From the sequence record MN276049.1: DNA of 64,000 nucleotides; one strand, given 5' to 3'. Of the stretch, positions 46,845-56,185 are shown piece after piece (the first letter of the stretch is position 1; each line of letters begins with the position of its first letter). This DNA is from Acinetobacter phage BS46. The notes beneath the pieces were generated by a model. That model was not told the origin of the DNA and ran no database searches. It saw only the letters and a program-made list of their open reading frames with translations. Position numbers and translations under genes: made by a program.

Positions 46845-47564
46845 TCATGGTTGTATACCCTTAACTATAAATAGTTTTTCTACAGCATTATGCGTTGCTT
46901 TCTTTCTTGTACTTGCAAAGTTTGTTTTTACTTCACCACGCCAAACTTCAATAAAATCGTCTGGTGCGTTGTATTCTGAAACAAAAACAATATTCTTTTT
47001 AGCTTGCTGTCTACACCAATCAAAAAATTTTTCATGGTCAAACGATCCAGTTTTATAACCAGTTGTACCTTGATATGGCGGGTCGCAATAGATTAAACAA
47101 TTTTCAAAATCTAGGTTTTCATATGAATCGCAAATAAACTGCACATTTTGAATTTTTGGTGATTGTTTTATAGCATTTCTTTTTACTTCTGCCGCAAAAT
47201 TTCTAGGAGGAATACCTTGCAAATCCCTAGCATATCCATTTTCAAATTTACCACCAAAAGAACAACCAAAGCGCACCCAACTCGTAATACTTTGTGGTGG
47301 CAATCCTTTGTATCCTTTGTATTCCTTCTCACTCACAGTATCTGGTAATTTATCCACATTGTCACGAATATCAATCAACGCATGGATAGTATGATCATTC
47401 AAATCATACCCTACACGCTTGTATGTATCAGGAACTTTATCAATCATGTTTGCACCACCAACAAACGGCTCAACCCATGTGGTGATACTATGTTTTTCAG
47501 CTTCGGCTAGCATGATTGGTAATAAGTGTTTAGCTATGCGATTTTTGCTGCCCATATATTTCAC
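46845..47564 (-). CDS. DNA N6-adenine methyltransferase, D12 class (Dam-like)
   Basis: N-terminal YMGSKNRIAKHLLPIM (motif I) and YCDPPYQGTTGY (DPPY motif IV). Confidence 0.75.
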   Translation of the reverse strand: MKYMGSKNRIAKHLLPIMLAEAEKHSITTWVEPFVGGANMIDKVPDTYKRVGYDLNDHTIHALIDIRDNVDKLPDTVSEKEYKGYKGLPPQSITSWVRFGCSFGGKFENGYARDLQGIPPRNFAAEVKRNAIKQSPKIQNVQFICDSYENLDFENCLIYCDPPYQGTTGYKTGSFDHEKFFDWCRQQAKKNIVFVSEYNAPDDFIEVWRGEVKTNFASTRKKATHNAVEKLFIVKGIQP

Positions 47565-47646
47565 TTCAATACTCCTATTTGTTTATTCATTGAATGTATA
47601 ATTGCATATAACTAAATTGTTTGCAAGGGGTGTTATTCAATATATG

Positions 47647-49005
47647 TTAAGTGTTTTTACACTTATTTAAGTAGTCAGAAAAATGTGTGTAGTCCTCATT
47701 ATCTAGAGGTAAGTCATGCAACCAATTCAAAAATAACAATCTCATTCGAGTAGACAAGATAGCTAAGGTAATTGGTTTACCATCACGAATTCTAGAACGC
47801 CACACCCATTGCAATAACTCTGAAATAGCAAATACGTCTCTATCTACAGGGTGGTTAAAGTCTTGTAAGTATGATGCAACAGATTGATTTGGATACCGAT
47901 CATATGCATGAATAACACAATACTTATGTCTATATTTGTTTGTAGCTCTTGTACTACTAGCTAACCAACAAATATTATCAGGATTAGACTTCTCTTTCAA
48001 GTGAGTATCAACCATTCCTTTGGGTTTGATCTTAGTTTTCTTACTATCACTTAGATTACAACGATCTTTAGGGAAAGTAAACATAGTTTCATAATCACTA
48101 ACACCACAATCTTTAGTTACAGCAAGAATGTAGTTAGATATATGTTTAATATCTGCTGTAGACATATTATGATAACCAGTAACAGATAGTTTTAACTCCT
48201 TTCTCCACTTGGGATGTTTAGGAGTGTACAATCGAACATTCTGCATAATAGATTGTTTACTGATCTGGTTAATTGTCACATCAGTAAATGATTTATATTC
48301 TAAACCCTTCAACTTTAAGAAGGATGAGAGGGTATTGCCTTCAAACATATATGTTAGGATAATACAACGCTTAGCTACTGTGATGAGTTTAATTGGTAAT
48401 TGACACACAAAGATATTAGCGTCACGCTTGCTCACATAGATCATTTCATTCTCTACGTGTCTCTTAAAGTTGTGATAACGGTGTGTAATATCATCAAACT
48501 CTGTTACTTCATTATTCTTCCACACTAACATACCATCATGTTCTTGAATATCAATACAGTTTAGTTTCTGTAATGATTTAACATCAGGAGAACTATAGTT
48601 CTTGTAATCATCAATCATTCCTAACTCTTCATCAATGATTAGAACATAATTATGTTTAGCCATCTCAGCAAAATGCTCATCTGTCATAGATAAATACAAA
48701 GAGTGAGTGCAGGTAATGTTAGCCCCAATCTTAAGCAAATTTAACAGGTTATCAATCTTACGTTTATCATGAACACCTCTTTGCATATCTTCAGATAACT
48801 TACGGTCTTCCTCTTTCGTCATAGGGGATACAAATCGTGTTGTTGGACATGATTGTTGAATCCTTCCTCCATCTTTAACTTCATCTAGTAATGGAGATAT
48901 ATAGAAGAACTTATACACATGGTTATTCTCTTCCATCCATTTGCAGGTGTTACGAGTCTTAGAACTACCCATAATACCATCTAGAATCTCTACAGTCTTT
49001 GTCAC
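47647..49005 (-). CDS. P-loop NTPase of unknown function
   Basis: Walker A GIMGSSKT, Walker B VLIIDEE; P-loop spacing resembles Zot/pI-type and thymidine-kinase-type ATPases but 452 aa with unrelated C-terminal half. Confidence 0.5.
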   Translation of the reverse strand: MTKTVEILDGIMGSSKTRNTCKWMEENNHVYKFFYISPLLDEVKDGGRIQQSCPTTRFVSPMTKEEDRKLSEDMQRGVHDKRKIDNLLNLLKIGANITCTHSLYLSMTDEHFAEMAKHNYVLIIDEELGMIDDYKNYSSPDVKSLQKLNCIDIQEHDGMLVWKNNEVTEFDDITHRYHNFKRHVENEMIYVSKRDANIFVCQLPIKLITVAKRCIILTYMFEGNTLSSFLKLKGLEYKSFTDVTINQISKQSIMQNVRLYTPKHPKWRKELKLSVTGYHNMSTADIKHISNYILAVTKDCGVSDYETMFTFPKDRCNLSDSKKTKIKPKGMVDTHLKEKSNPDNICWLASSTRATNKYRHKYCVIHAYDRYPNQSVASYLQDFNHPVDRDVFAISELLQWVWRSRIRDGKPITLAILSTRMRLLFLNWLHDLPLDNEDYTHFSDYLNKCKNT

Positions 49006-49015
49006 CTATTTCTCC

Positions 49016-49381
49016 TTAAATTGTATATCTTGGTTTTTTATTAACCTGACTATCAACCCATTTGTCAGAGAACTTTGTATAACCATTACGCAATCTCTGA
49101 ATCTTACTTGAGTTTCTACCAATCTGTTCTAATAATCTTGCTATTTCATGAGTACAGGCAGTTATAGATATCGTCCAACCACGACTTAATGATTTAGTGT
49201 AAACCTCTACTTGTAAATTACGTCTCTTATCAGCAAGAATACGGTTAGCTCTCTTTAACTTGATAATCTTACGTAATGCTTTTAAGCGGTAATATTCTCT
49301 CCATTGATTTAATGGGATATAACCATATTCTGTATAGTTATACTCAATACGTTTGAGTCTTTCTCTATCTTTAATCTTCAT
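49016..49381 (-). CDS. hypothetical basic protein
   Basis: 121 aa, Lys/Arg-rich. Confidence 0.45.
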   Translation of the reverse strand: MKIKDRERLKRIEYNYTEYGYIPLNQWREYYRLKALRKIIKLKRANRILADKRRNLQVEVYTKSLSRGWTISITACTHEIARLLEQIGRNSSKIQRLRNGYTKFSDKWVDSQVNKKPRYTI

Positions 49382-49926
49382 AATATTCTCCTAACACAAT
49401 AAATGACTGGCAAGTCACAAAACCAAGAACCATTAGTATTTATCCATCAACATATAAATTTACACACATCAAACTATACTTATTTATTAACATAGAGTCT
49501 TAACATTCTTCTATGTTTCTTAGAGCTTCCTTATAAGAAAGTGGTATGTAACTTGTTGATAATAAAAGTGAATAAAAAACTTATTACCCCCATCAAAGTC
49601 AAAAGTCTAATTTAGGGTACTAATTAACGGGTATTTTAACAAATAAATTAACTAATAACTATACATAAAGAAAGATAACTTAATCTTAATTGTATATTTT
49701 GTGTAACTAATATATTACAATGAATAAATCCTTACTATAACTATTGTATTGGTTATAAGTGTTAAATACACATAAAACAACAACATAAAAGAATAAGAGA
49801 TAATGTAATATAAATGTTATTATATTGTGGTGTACAACATATGTATATCACTAACATCATGATCGTTAAGATCATATATAAATATACAGCATCATATATG
49901 AGAGAACATTAGAGAACACAACACCT

Positions 49927-49943
49927 ATTGTTCGTTAGAACAT
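49927..49943. promoter_or_regulatory. operator-like palindrome, site 1
   Basis: ATTGTTC-GTTA-GAACAT. Confidence 0.4.
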
Positions 49944-50222
49944 AGCAATACCAACAGGTGTAAAGAATTTACACAACAAAAGAACACAGTTAAAAGAGTA
50001 ATAACATAGTTAAAAAGAGTAATAACTTGGAATGGGGATTACATTGGAATGGAATGAGAATGTTAATCACCTTACAAGAATATATGTCAACAAATAAAAT
50101 TTGTTATATTTTGTAATTCTACTAATAACTAAACGTTATTAATTAGGGTTACTATGTAATTTACAATTACAATTATCTGTTGTTTTCTTAATCTATAACT
50201 AATAACTTATGATTATTGACTA

Positions 50223-50251
50223 TTGACATATTCTACGAATAACTGTATGTA
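50223..50251 (+). promoter_or_regulatory. sigma70-like promoter (rightward)
   Basis: TTGACA N17 TATGTA, preceded by TTGACT. Confidence 0.5.
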
Positions 50252-50274
50252 TAACTATATATGATTGTAGTGTT

Positions 50275-50300
50275 TATCCATTGTTGTCACCAACAATATA
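50275..50300. promoter_or_regulatory. operator-like palindrome, site 2
   Basis: TATCCATTGTTG-TCAC-CAACAATATA; perfect 7-bp arms, just downstream of promoter 50223. Confidence 0.5.
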
Positions 50301-50397
50301 GCTTTTGTTGTTCTTTTTGCTTTTCTGTGTCTATCTAGCGATAGCGTAGATGCTTTTGCTTTTTAATCTTATGTATATTTGTATATAACCTTATGTG

Positions 50398-50426
50398 AAT
50401 ATCCATTGTTCTTAGCGAACAATATA
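50398..50426. promoter_or_regulatory. operator-like palindrome, site 3
   Basis: TATCCATTGTTC-TTAGC-GAACAATATA; perfect 7-bp arms. Confidence 0.5.
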
Positions 50427-50611
50427 TGTTTATATATCCTCGAAAGCTCGGATGATGTTTACATTATTCTTCTTTTGTGTTATGCTTTTGATGTTAAAGC
50501 AGACGTTGTACGGCGCTGCTGGTGGGATGTTCATATCGGATATTTTATGTTTTTAAAACATAATGCCGTTACTTTTTCCCCGTAGGGGTATGCTCTTAAA
50601 TTCTAAGGTTA

Positions 50612-50833
50612 TTGGAGATGTTTATGTTATTTGTTAAATTGTTAATTACTGTATTTATTGTATGTACTTTCTTATTTGGATTACTACAAGTCATTTACAA
50701 CATATTTAACCTAACACGTTACACTTGGTTTGAATATATTGTATTGTTCTGTGCTTTTCTAGCTGCAACTTCTGGTGTTATCTTAATAGGTTTAATGTTT
50801 GGTCATCTCTTATTCTTAATTTGGACAACATAA
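50612..50833 (+). CDS. small membrane protein
   Basis: 73 aa, two TM helices, GGAG RBS. Confidence 0.4.
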   Translation: MEMFMLFVKLLITVFIVCTFLFGLLQVIYNIFNLTRYTWFEYIVLFCAFLAATSGVILIGLMFGHLLFLIWTT

Positions 50834-51272
50834 TATAATTAATCACTAAGCTCACAATTGACCTTCTCATGCGTGAGCCTGTGTGAAAAATTTTTGGGGG
50901 AATTTTGAAAATTATTTTGAAAATACTGGTGAGTGAAAAATCATATCGGGTTTTATCGATATGATACATTATTTTTATGTAGAATGAAAGGTAAAGAAAT
51001 GTAATTTTTCTTGATTTACAATTATTTCTGTGTTATTCACACGCGTTTCTATTTATACGAAAGGTGAAAGGGTGTATCTCAGTCTTTCAACTGGTGAACA
51101 ATCCTTTGTTTCCTTGCTAGTAATGATAAAAGACGGCACTCAATTCGCCTAAATAAATGATTTTCTATATCTATTCATAAAAGATTTAATAAAATAAATA
51201 ATTAAATTCACTTTATTTTCATGTATTTATCAGTATTTTTAGTATTATTTTAAAATTATTTGAAAAAAGGAC

Positions 51273-51301
51273 TTGCAATGAATCTAAAATTTGTTATTAT
51301 G
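51273..51301 (+). promoter_or_regulatory. promoter for rightward small-gene block
   Basis: TTGCAA N17 ATTATG. Confidence 0.4.
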
Positions 51302-51348
51302 AACTCATCGAAACGAAACAAGCTAAACAGCTTTAAAGGAAAGACGTT

Positions 51349-51717
51349 ATGACTACTTCAGTATACGACAAACACTCTAAACATTTCGCTCAAGTGTCTG
51401 CTTATGTGATCATTGACAGTGAAGGGGATCAAAAAGGTAATATGTCTATTAAGTACCCAAAAGACGGTGCAGGAAAGTTATACTTATATTTACACTTACA
51501 TGGTTCACAAATGGTTCAAGTCAGTGTAAGTGGCTGCGGTTTTGATAAACTTAGTGTTGCAGTGCAAAAAGCTGCTGATACATATGTTAAGCAAAATTTA
51601 GGTAATGACAAATTAAACGTTCAAGACTTAGATTTTCTACAAGCATTATGTAATGTAAACCATGATTTTAATCGTTTTAATAAATACGGCTCATATAAGT
51701 TCTTACAAGCTATTTAA
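51349..51717 (+). CDS. hypothetical protein
   Basis: 122 aa ORF, AAGGA RBS. Confidence 0.45.
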   Translation: MTTSVYDKHSKHFAQVSAYVIIDSEGDQKGNMSIKYPKDGAGKLYLYLHLHGSQMVQVSVSGCGFDKLSVAVQKAADTYVKQNLGNDKLNVQDLDFLQALCNVNHDFNRFNKYGSYKFLQAI

Positions 51718-51730
51718 GGAATTGTTTCAA

Positions 51731-51940
51731 ATGTACAAAATAATCGAAAGTAGTGCAATGTCACAAAAGCAAGGTACATCAAAGTATGTAATTATGTTAG
51801 ATTCTTCTCGTTTTGACTATGTATATGTAGGCAAATTTAATCGAGATCATTTTGATTTTATCGAAAAAACTGGAATTAAAAACTTAACACAAGCTGATTT
51901 AGAAAGAATCTATTGTGAGAGAAAAAAGAAGTTTAATTGA
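51731..51940 (+). CDS. hypothetical protein
   Basis: ATG 51731 (track start 51662 overlaps previous gene). Confidence 0.4.
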   Translation: MYKIIESSAMSQKQGTSKYVIMLDSSRFDYVYVGKFNRDHFDFIEKTGIKNLTQADLERIYCERKKKFN

Positions 51941-52159
51941 GGACCTAACATGTTAAAAGTTACATTAGAGAATTATCAAGTAATATATGTTAAAAGTATT
52001 GGTGAAGCTCATGAGCAAGCTTTTAAGTTAGGACAACGTATCCGTAACGTTGAATGACAGTTAGACAAACGTGCATTGTGTTAAGAACAATATGATGCGC
52101 AATATTAAATGATTCTTTTGGAGTTTTTATTCCATTACATTACATAAAGGTAAAATATT

Positions 52160-52609
52160 ATGTTCAATTTCGATGTCAACACAAACGAATCTGTTCAACG
52201 TGTTATCACTTCAGCTTACAACTCTAAGCAACGTGTACGTATTGTTTACGGTAATTCTGAAGACGGTATAGATTGGTTAGAAGAGTATGATGTTATAGGT
52301 ACAATCGGACGTTCAACGGGTGAAAGAAAAGTGCCATTGTTAATTAATAACACAAAGTCTTTGGGTGGTGGTGCAATCTTGACAGCTAACATATTAAAGA
52401 TTGTTGATGTTAAAAGTAAACGTGTTTTATACCAACACGAGAAATATCAGACACCTATTCTTGTTAAGTGTGCATCACGCCATGAAGATTATATGTATGA
52501 TGTTTATCACTCGTTAAACGGTGAAAACAAATTACATGCTAGATTTAAAAACGAAAAACAAGCTGACAACTATATAGCGTTCATGCTCTGTAAACGTATG
52601 AGTAAATAA
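52160..52609 (+). CDS. hypothetical protein
   Basis: 149 aa ORF. Confidence 0.45.
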   Translation: MFNFDVNTNESVQRVITSAYNSKQRVRIVYGNSEDGIDWLEEYDVIGTIGRSTGERKVPLLINNTKSLGGGAILTANILKIVDVKSKRVLYQHEKYQTPILVKCASRHEDYMYDVYHSLNGENKLHARFKNEKQADNYIAFMLCKRMSK

Positions 52610-52627
52610 CAAGGAGGATTTAAACCA

Positions 52628-52834
52628 ATGTTAATCATTAACCGTTACAAATGCCCTATATCAGGTAAAACATCAATCTGTGCCCATAAAGTTAATAACA
52701 TGAAAGTGATTAAATCATATAAACCATGTGATGAATCGTTTATTGAAATGTTATCTCAAGGACATAAGCAATTCTTATTATGTGACGTTCCTGCTTACAG
52801 TATGTTAGCTAAAATCAATATTGTTAAAAGTTAA
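52628..52834 (+). CDS. hypothetical protein
   Basis: 68 aa ORF, AGGAGG RBS. Confidence 0.45.
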   Translation: MLIINRYKCPISGKTSICAHKVNNMKVIKSYKPCDESFIEMLSQGHKQFLLCDVPAYSMLAKINIVKS

Positions 52835-52843
52835 TCGGAGTAT

Positions 52844-53131
52844 ATGAAAATGAAGATTACAAAAGAACATGCATTGTTCTATGCAAGCAAGAAAAGTAAA
52901 CTTTTCCCGTGTGACGTTAGCATTCACACATTGATTAATGTACAAACTAAGTTAGATAAGAGATTTATAGACAAACACAACGATTTGCAGTTGTTAAAGA
53001 TGATTTATCGACGTTGTAAACGCAATAAAGAAAACCTTATAACTGAATTGACTAGGATTGAGTTGTCAGGTTATAGCAAGAATAGAACAAGATTATTTAG
53101 AAAATATAGATTAAAATTATCAAGGATGTAA
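52844..53131 (+). CDS. hypothetical basic protein
   Basis: 95 aa ORF. Confidence 0.45.
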   Translation: MKMKITKEHALFYASKKSKLFPCDVSIHTLINVQTKLDKRFIDKHNDLQLLKMIYRRCKRNKENLITELTRIELSGYSKNRTRLFRKYRLKLSRM

Positions 53132-53142
53132 GTTGAAAATGC

Positions 53143-53170
53143 TTGCATCCTTTTTTTGTTTCTGTATAAT
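53143..53170 (+). promoter_or_regulatory. sigma70-like promoter
   Basis: TTGCAT N16 TATAAT; overlaps hairpin GGATG...CATCC + T-run. Confidence 0.45.
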
Positions 53171-53207
53171 GAAAAATATAAGGTAAATAACTTAAAGGAA
53201 ATTTGAA

Positions 53208-53375
53208 ATGAGTACAATTTCAGAAATTCAAAACACTAAACAACAAGAGCTTAACTTGTTAAAACTTGCATATTACAAATGCAGTAATTGTGGTTTTGTT
53301 AGATCTCATGATTGCTATTTTGCAATAAGCCATTTCTTATGTTGTAACTTATGTGGTAACGAGATAGAATCTTAA
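53208..53375 (+). CDS. small zinc-ribbon protein (55 aa)
   Basis: CSNCGF...CCNLCGNE; AAAGGAAA RBS; not in ORF track. Confidence 0.4.
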   Translation: MSTISEIQNTKQQELNLLKLAYYKCSNCGFVRSHDCYFAISHFLCCNLCGNEIES

Positions 53376-53442
53376 TTGTTTATTTATCCGTGACAATCTG
53401 GTATGGTTGTCATTAATAAGTAATCAGTTGAAAGGTATTTAT

Positions 53443-53652
53443 ATGAAATTAGAATTGCGCTTTACAAGTCATAATGGTACAATTATTCGTAAATTTGAAT
53501 TACGTTCTGATATTGATGAAATGATTCAAGTACAAAACCGTTTAGAAAGTTTTCTACATCATGTCAACAGATATAATTTGCGTACTGTAAAAGAAATATT
53601 AGAACGTGATTTAATTCGCTATGATGATTTAATTTTAATCTGGTTTTCATAA
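53443..53652 (+). CDS. hypothetical protein
   Basis: ATG 53443. Confidence 0.4.
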   Translation: MKLELRFTSHNGTIIRKFELRSDIDEMIQVQNRLESFLHHVNRYNLRTVKEILERDLIRYDDLILIWFS

Positions 53653-53742
53653 ATAAATAAATTTTTATTAAATACACTTTACACTGTTTTAAAGATTCTG
53701 TTATACTTGCTTCATACAGTGAAAAACTCAGGAATCACAGAC

Positions 53743-54096
53743 ATGTTATCTCAAATCACCACTAAGTCATTCAATGTTTACTTAAACAACAACACCATTA
53801 CACTTGCTAAATGTCGTGTAACTGGTCGTTTTGTTAAACACGCTATAGCTCAAGTTGAATTAGACGCAGAATTAAAAGCACGTTCAGAAGCTATGAATAG
53901 CATTTCTTTTGTTGAACAAGCTAAAAAACGCCATGCAGCATTCACTAAAGCACGTTTGAATGCTGCTGCTATTGAGAACGTAAACAAAGCAATTAATAAC
54001 TCGTTAGTTGAAAAAGCTAAAATACAATTACAAGCTTCACTAGCTAAAGTTGCAATGTTAGGCATGATTACACTATCTGCTTTCAATTTTGCTTAA
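53743..54096 (+). CDS. hypothetical protein with hydrophobic C-terminus
   Basis: ATG 53743 after AGGA. Confidence 0.4.
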   Translation: MLSQITTKSFNVYLNNNTITLAKCRVTGRFVKHAIAQVELDAELKARSEAMNSISFVEQAKKRHAAFTKARLNAAAIENVNKAINNSLVEKAKIQLQASLAKVAMLGMITLSAFNFA

Positions 54097-54141
54097 TGTA
54101 GTATATAGTTTAAACAACAAACCCCACAAAAGGAATACATC

Positions 54142-54327
54142 ATGGTAAATCAGAAACAGTTAGCTATCGAATTGAATGAAGCTTATATAGAGTATTACAA
54201 CGACTTCTTAACAGTAGAACGTTATGCAACATACAAAGGTTGGTCCTTGTTCTTCACTAAACAAGTGATTAAGTCAGGTCGAAAGATCAATCATAATCAA
54301 GAGTTATTAAACAAACTTTATTCATAA
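54142..54327 (+). CDS. hypothetical protein
   Basis: 61 aa ORF, AAGGA RBS. Confidence 0.4.
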   Translation: MVNQKQLAIELNEAYIEYYNDFLTVERYATYKGWSLFFTKQVIKSGRKINHNQELLNKLYS

Positions 54328-54338
54328 GGAATATAACC

Positions 54339-54506
54339 ATGTTATTTAAACTTATTCTACTCGTAACAATGAATGGTAACGTATACGCTGATGTAGTAGA
54401 CTATGATCTAACTAGAGAGGATTGTATTAATCAAATGATCTATGTTAATAGTAAATTAAAGAATGATTCTATAGAGTATATCTGTCAAGGTGAAATAGAA
54501 TATTAA
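54339..54506 (+). CDS. small protein with N-terminal signal-like segment (55 aa)
   Basis: MLFKLILLVTMNGNVYA...; not in ORF track. Confidence 0.35.
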   Translation: MLFKLILLVTMNGNVYADVVDYDLTREDCINQMIYVNSKLKNDSIEYICQGEIEY

Positions 54507-54523
54507 ACCAACTAAACACACAA

Positions 54524-54548
54524 TGCCCGCCTAGTGCGGGTTTTTTAT
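54524..54548 (+). terminator. rho-independent terminator
   Basis: CCCGCC-TAGT-GCGGG + TTTTTTATT. Confidence 0.7.
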
Positions 54549-55037
54549 TGTCTAAAGAAAAGTAATAGAGAATAGATCAAATAACATAGCATTGTAGAGC
54601 CGTATACAAGCCTTATTAAGCTTTAATTAGGTGTAGTGGTACTATCCTACCTTAATTGGTAAACATTGCTGTAATCGCTCTATATGAGCAAATAAAAGAA
54701 TGTTGTTGAGTAAAGTTTATTGTTTAGTATTCTTATTTAAATTTAAATCATTAAAGAATTAAACCAATGCCCACATATAAGAATAAAAGAGCTAAGTAAG
54801 AATGTTTCTAACAAAAGATATAAACAAAGATTAAAAGCTTATGTGATTGGTTATCTATCCATGCATAGGATACACGGGCAATGTGAAATTAAAGTCATTA
54901 ATCTTTGAAGCGATATTATAGGATATTTTAAAATATAAAAGGCTTAATTATTGAGGGCAGTCGGAAGGTGTTAAGCACTCCATTATATAGATAATGATAT
55001 TTTCCAACTATAGCACCCCACCTCCAATTCTAAAAAC

Positions 55038-55265
55038 CTACTTCCAAAAATTTTTCCCAAAATCTTCAGAGCTGTATAATTTGTCCCAAGTTTGCATAAC
55101 TTGCCACCCATATACAAACACACCAACTCTTTTCATACACACACCAAGTTCGATGTGGGTAATATAGAAAACACCAGCATGATATATAACACACATTTCC
55201 TCACTGTTATGTACAACGCAATAGGATGATGGTATCATTATGTGATCTGAAATTACCTGTAGCAT
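55038..55265 (-). CDS. hypothetical protein
   Basis: 75 aa ORF. Confidence 0.4.
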   Translation of the reverse strand: MLQVISDHIMIPSSYCVVHNSEEMCVIYHAGVFYITHIELGVCMKRVGVFVYGWQVMQTWDKLYSSEDFGKNFWK

Positions 55266-55344
55266 TATTTAATACTCCTTGTGTTATGTATAAGAATAAA
55301 ACATGTTCTTGATTATAGTAAGTAATTGTTGTAAAAAAGTCCCA

Positions 55345-55533
55345 TCAAAGGGGCTTGCAGTTTTCTTCATAATACCTGAAATCACCAGAAAATAAATTCC
55401 ACCAATCACCATTATCATCAGCAGCCAACCAGTGACCTTCATCATTCAAATAATAACAAATATACCCATCAACACACTCTTCATAATGTGTCGCTCCTTC
55501 AGGAGCATTTCTCTTAATCTCGTCAATATTCAT
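55345..55533 (-). CDS. ATHY-motif small protein, copy 1
   Basis: MNIDEIKRNAPEGATHY...; AGGA RBS; stop embedded in terminator-like hairpin + T6. Confidence 0.5.
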   Translation of the reverse strand: MNIDEIKRNAPEGATHYEECVDGYICYYLNDEGHWLAADDNGDWWNLFSGDFRYYEENCKPL

Positions 55534-55541
55534 TTTCAATC

Positions 55542-55721
55542 CTAGCAAAGCGGTTTAATGTCTCTGTATTTTCTTGGGTCAAAATGCAATGATAACCAGC
55601 AATCTTCACGATCATCCCACTCAAACCACTGGAAATTAAAATAAAAATATCCAATATATGGTTCACTACAATAATGCGTTGCACCCTTTGGTTTGTTCTT
55701 TCTAATTTCTTCAATATCCAT
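55542..55721 (-). CDS. ATHY-motif small protein, copy 2 (unannotated, 59 aa)
   Basis: MDIEEIRKNKPKGATHYCSEPY...; AGGA RBS; track shows only an out-of-frame ORF here. Confidence 0.5.
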   Translation of the reverse strand: MDIEEIRKNKPKGATHYCSEPYIGYFYFNFQWFEWDDREDCWLSLHFDPRKYRDIKPLC

Positions 55722-55914
55722 AATACAATCCTAAATTAAGTGGCTTAATAAAACTATTATGTGACCAACCAGTTATCCTCCACATACCATTACAGTATTT
55801 TAAATTCATACCATATGGTGGTCTCATGTAGTACTCAACCTCTCGACCAGCTTTTATAATTCTGTAGTGTGTCGCACCCTTCGGAGCATTAGCTCTGATT
55901 TCATCAATGTTCAC
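55711..55914 (-). CDS. ATHY-motif small protein, copy 3
   Basis: (M)VNIDEIRANAPKGATHY...; GTG start after GGAG. Confidence 0.5.
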   Translation of the reverse strand: MNIDEIRANAPKGATHYRIIKAGREVEYYMRPPYGMNLKYCNGMWRITGWSHNSFIKPLNLGLYYGY

Positions 55915-56185
55915 TTATAAACTCCAAAGCATCTTGAAATATACACCAATCAATTTTAAATCCATTATTAAGCATATCTGATTTTGCTTTATTTAATTCG
56001 GATTGATTTTCGCAAGCTATGTAATCAACACCAAATATCTTTTTATTATTCATGAAATGGATTAACACATAATTTCCAACCATCTCATGACTGTCCTTTG
56101 TCAACCATATTCTTGACATTGCAAAATCAAATTTATGGTGAAATCCTTTCTTTCTAGCTAACTCTATTGACTTAATCATTATCAA
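55904..56185 (-). CDS. hypothetical protein
   Basis: 93 aa ORF. Confidence 0.4.
   Translation of the reverse strand: MIMIKSIELARKKGFHHKFDFAMSRIWLTKDSHEMVGNYVLIHFMNNKKIFGVDYIACENQSELNKAKSDMLNNGFKIDWCIFQDALEFISEH

Larger units (their letters stand above)
49382..51348. promoter_or_regulatory. 2-kb AT-rich regulatory region between divergent gene blocks
   Basis: Only one credible small ORF; multiple consensus promoters, tandem repeats, three palindromic operator-like sites. Confidence 0.5.

Noticed and set aside
50379-50585. Track ORF (68 aa) in the regulatory hub
   Set aside because: It overlaps operator site 3 and has no RBS, and its composition is typical of a non-coding AT-rich tract.
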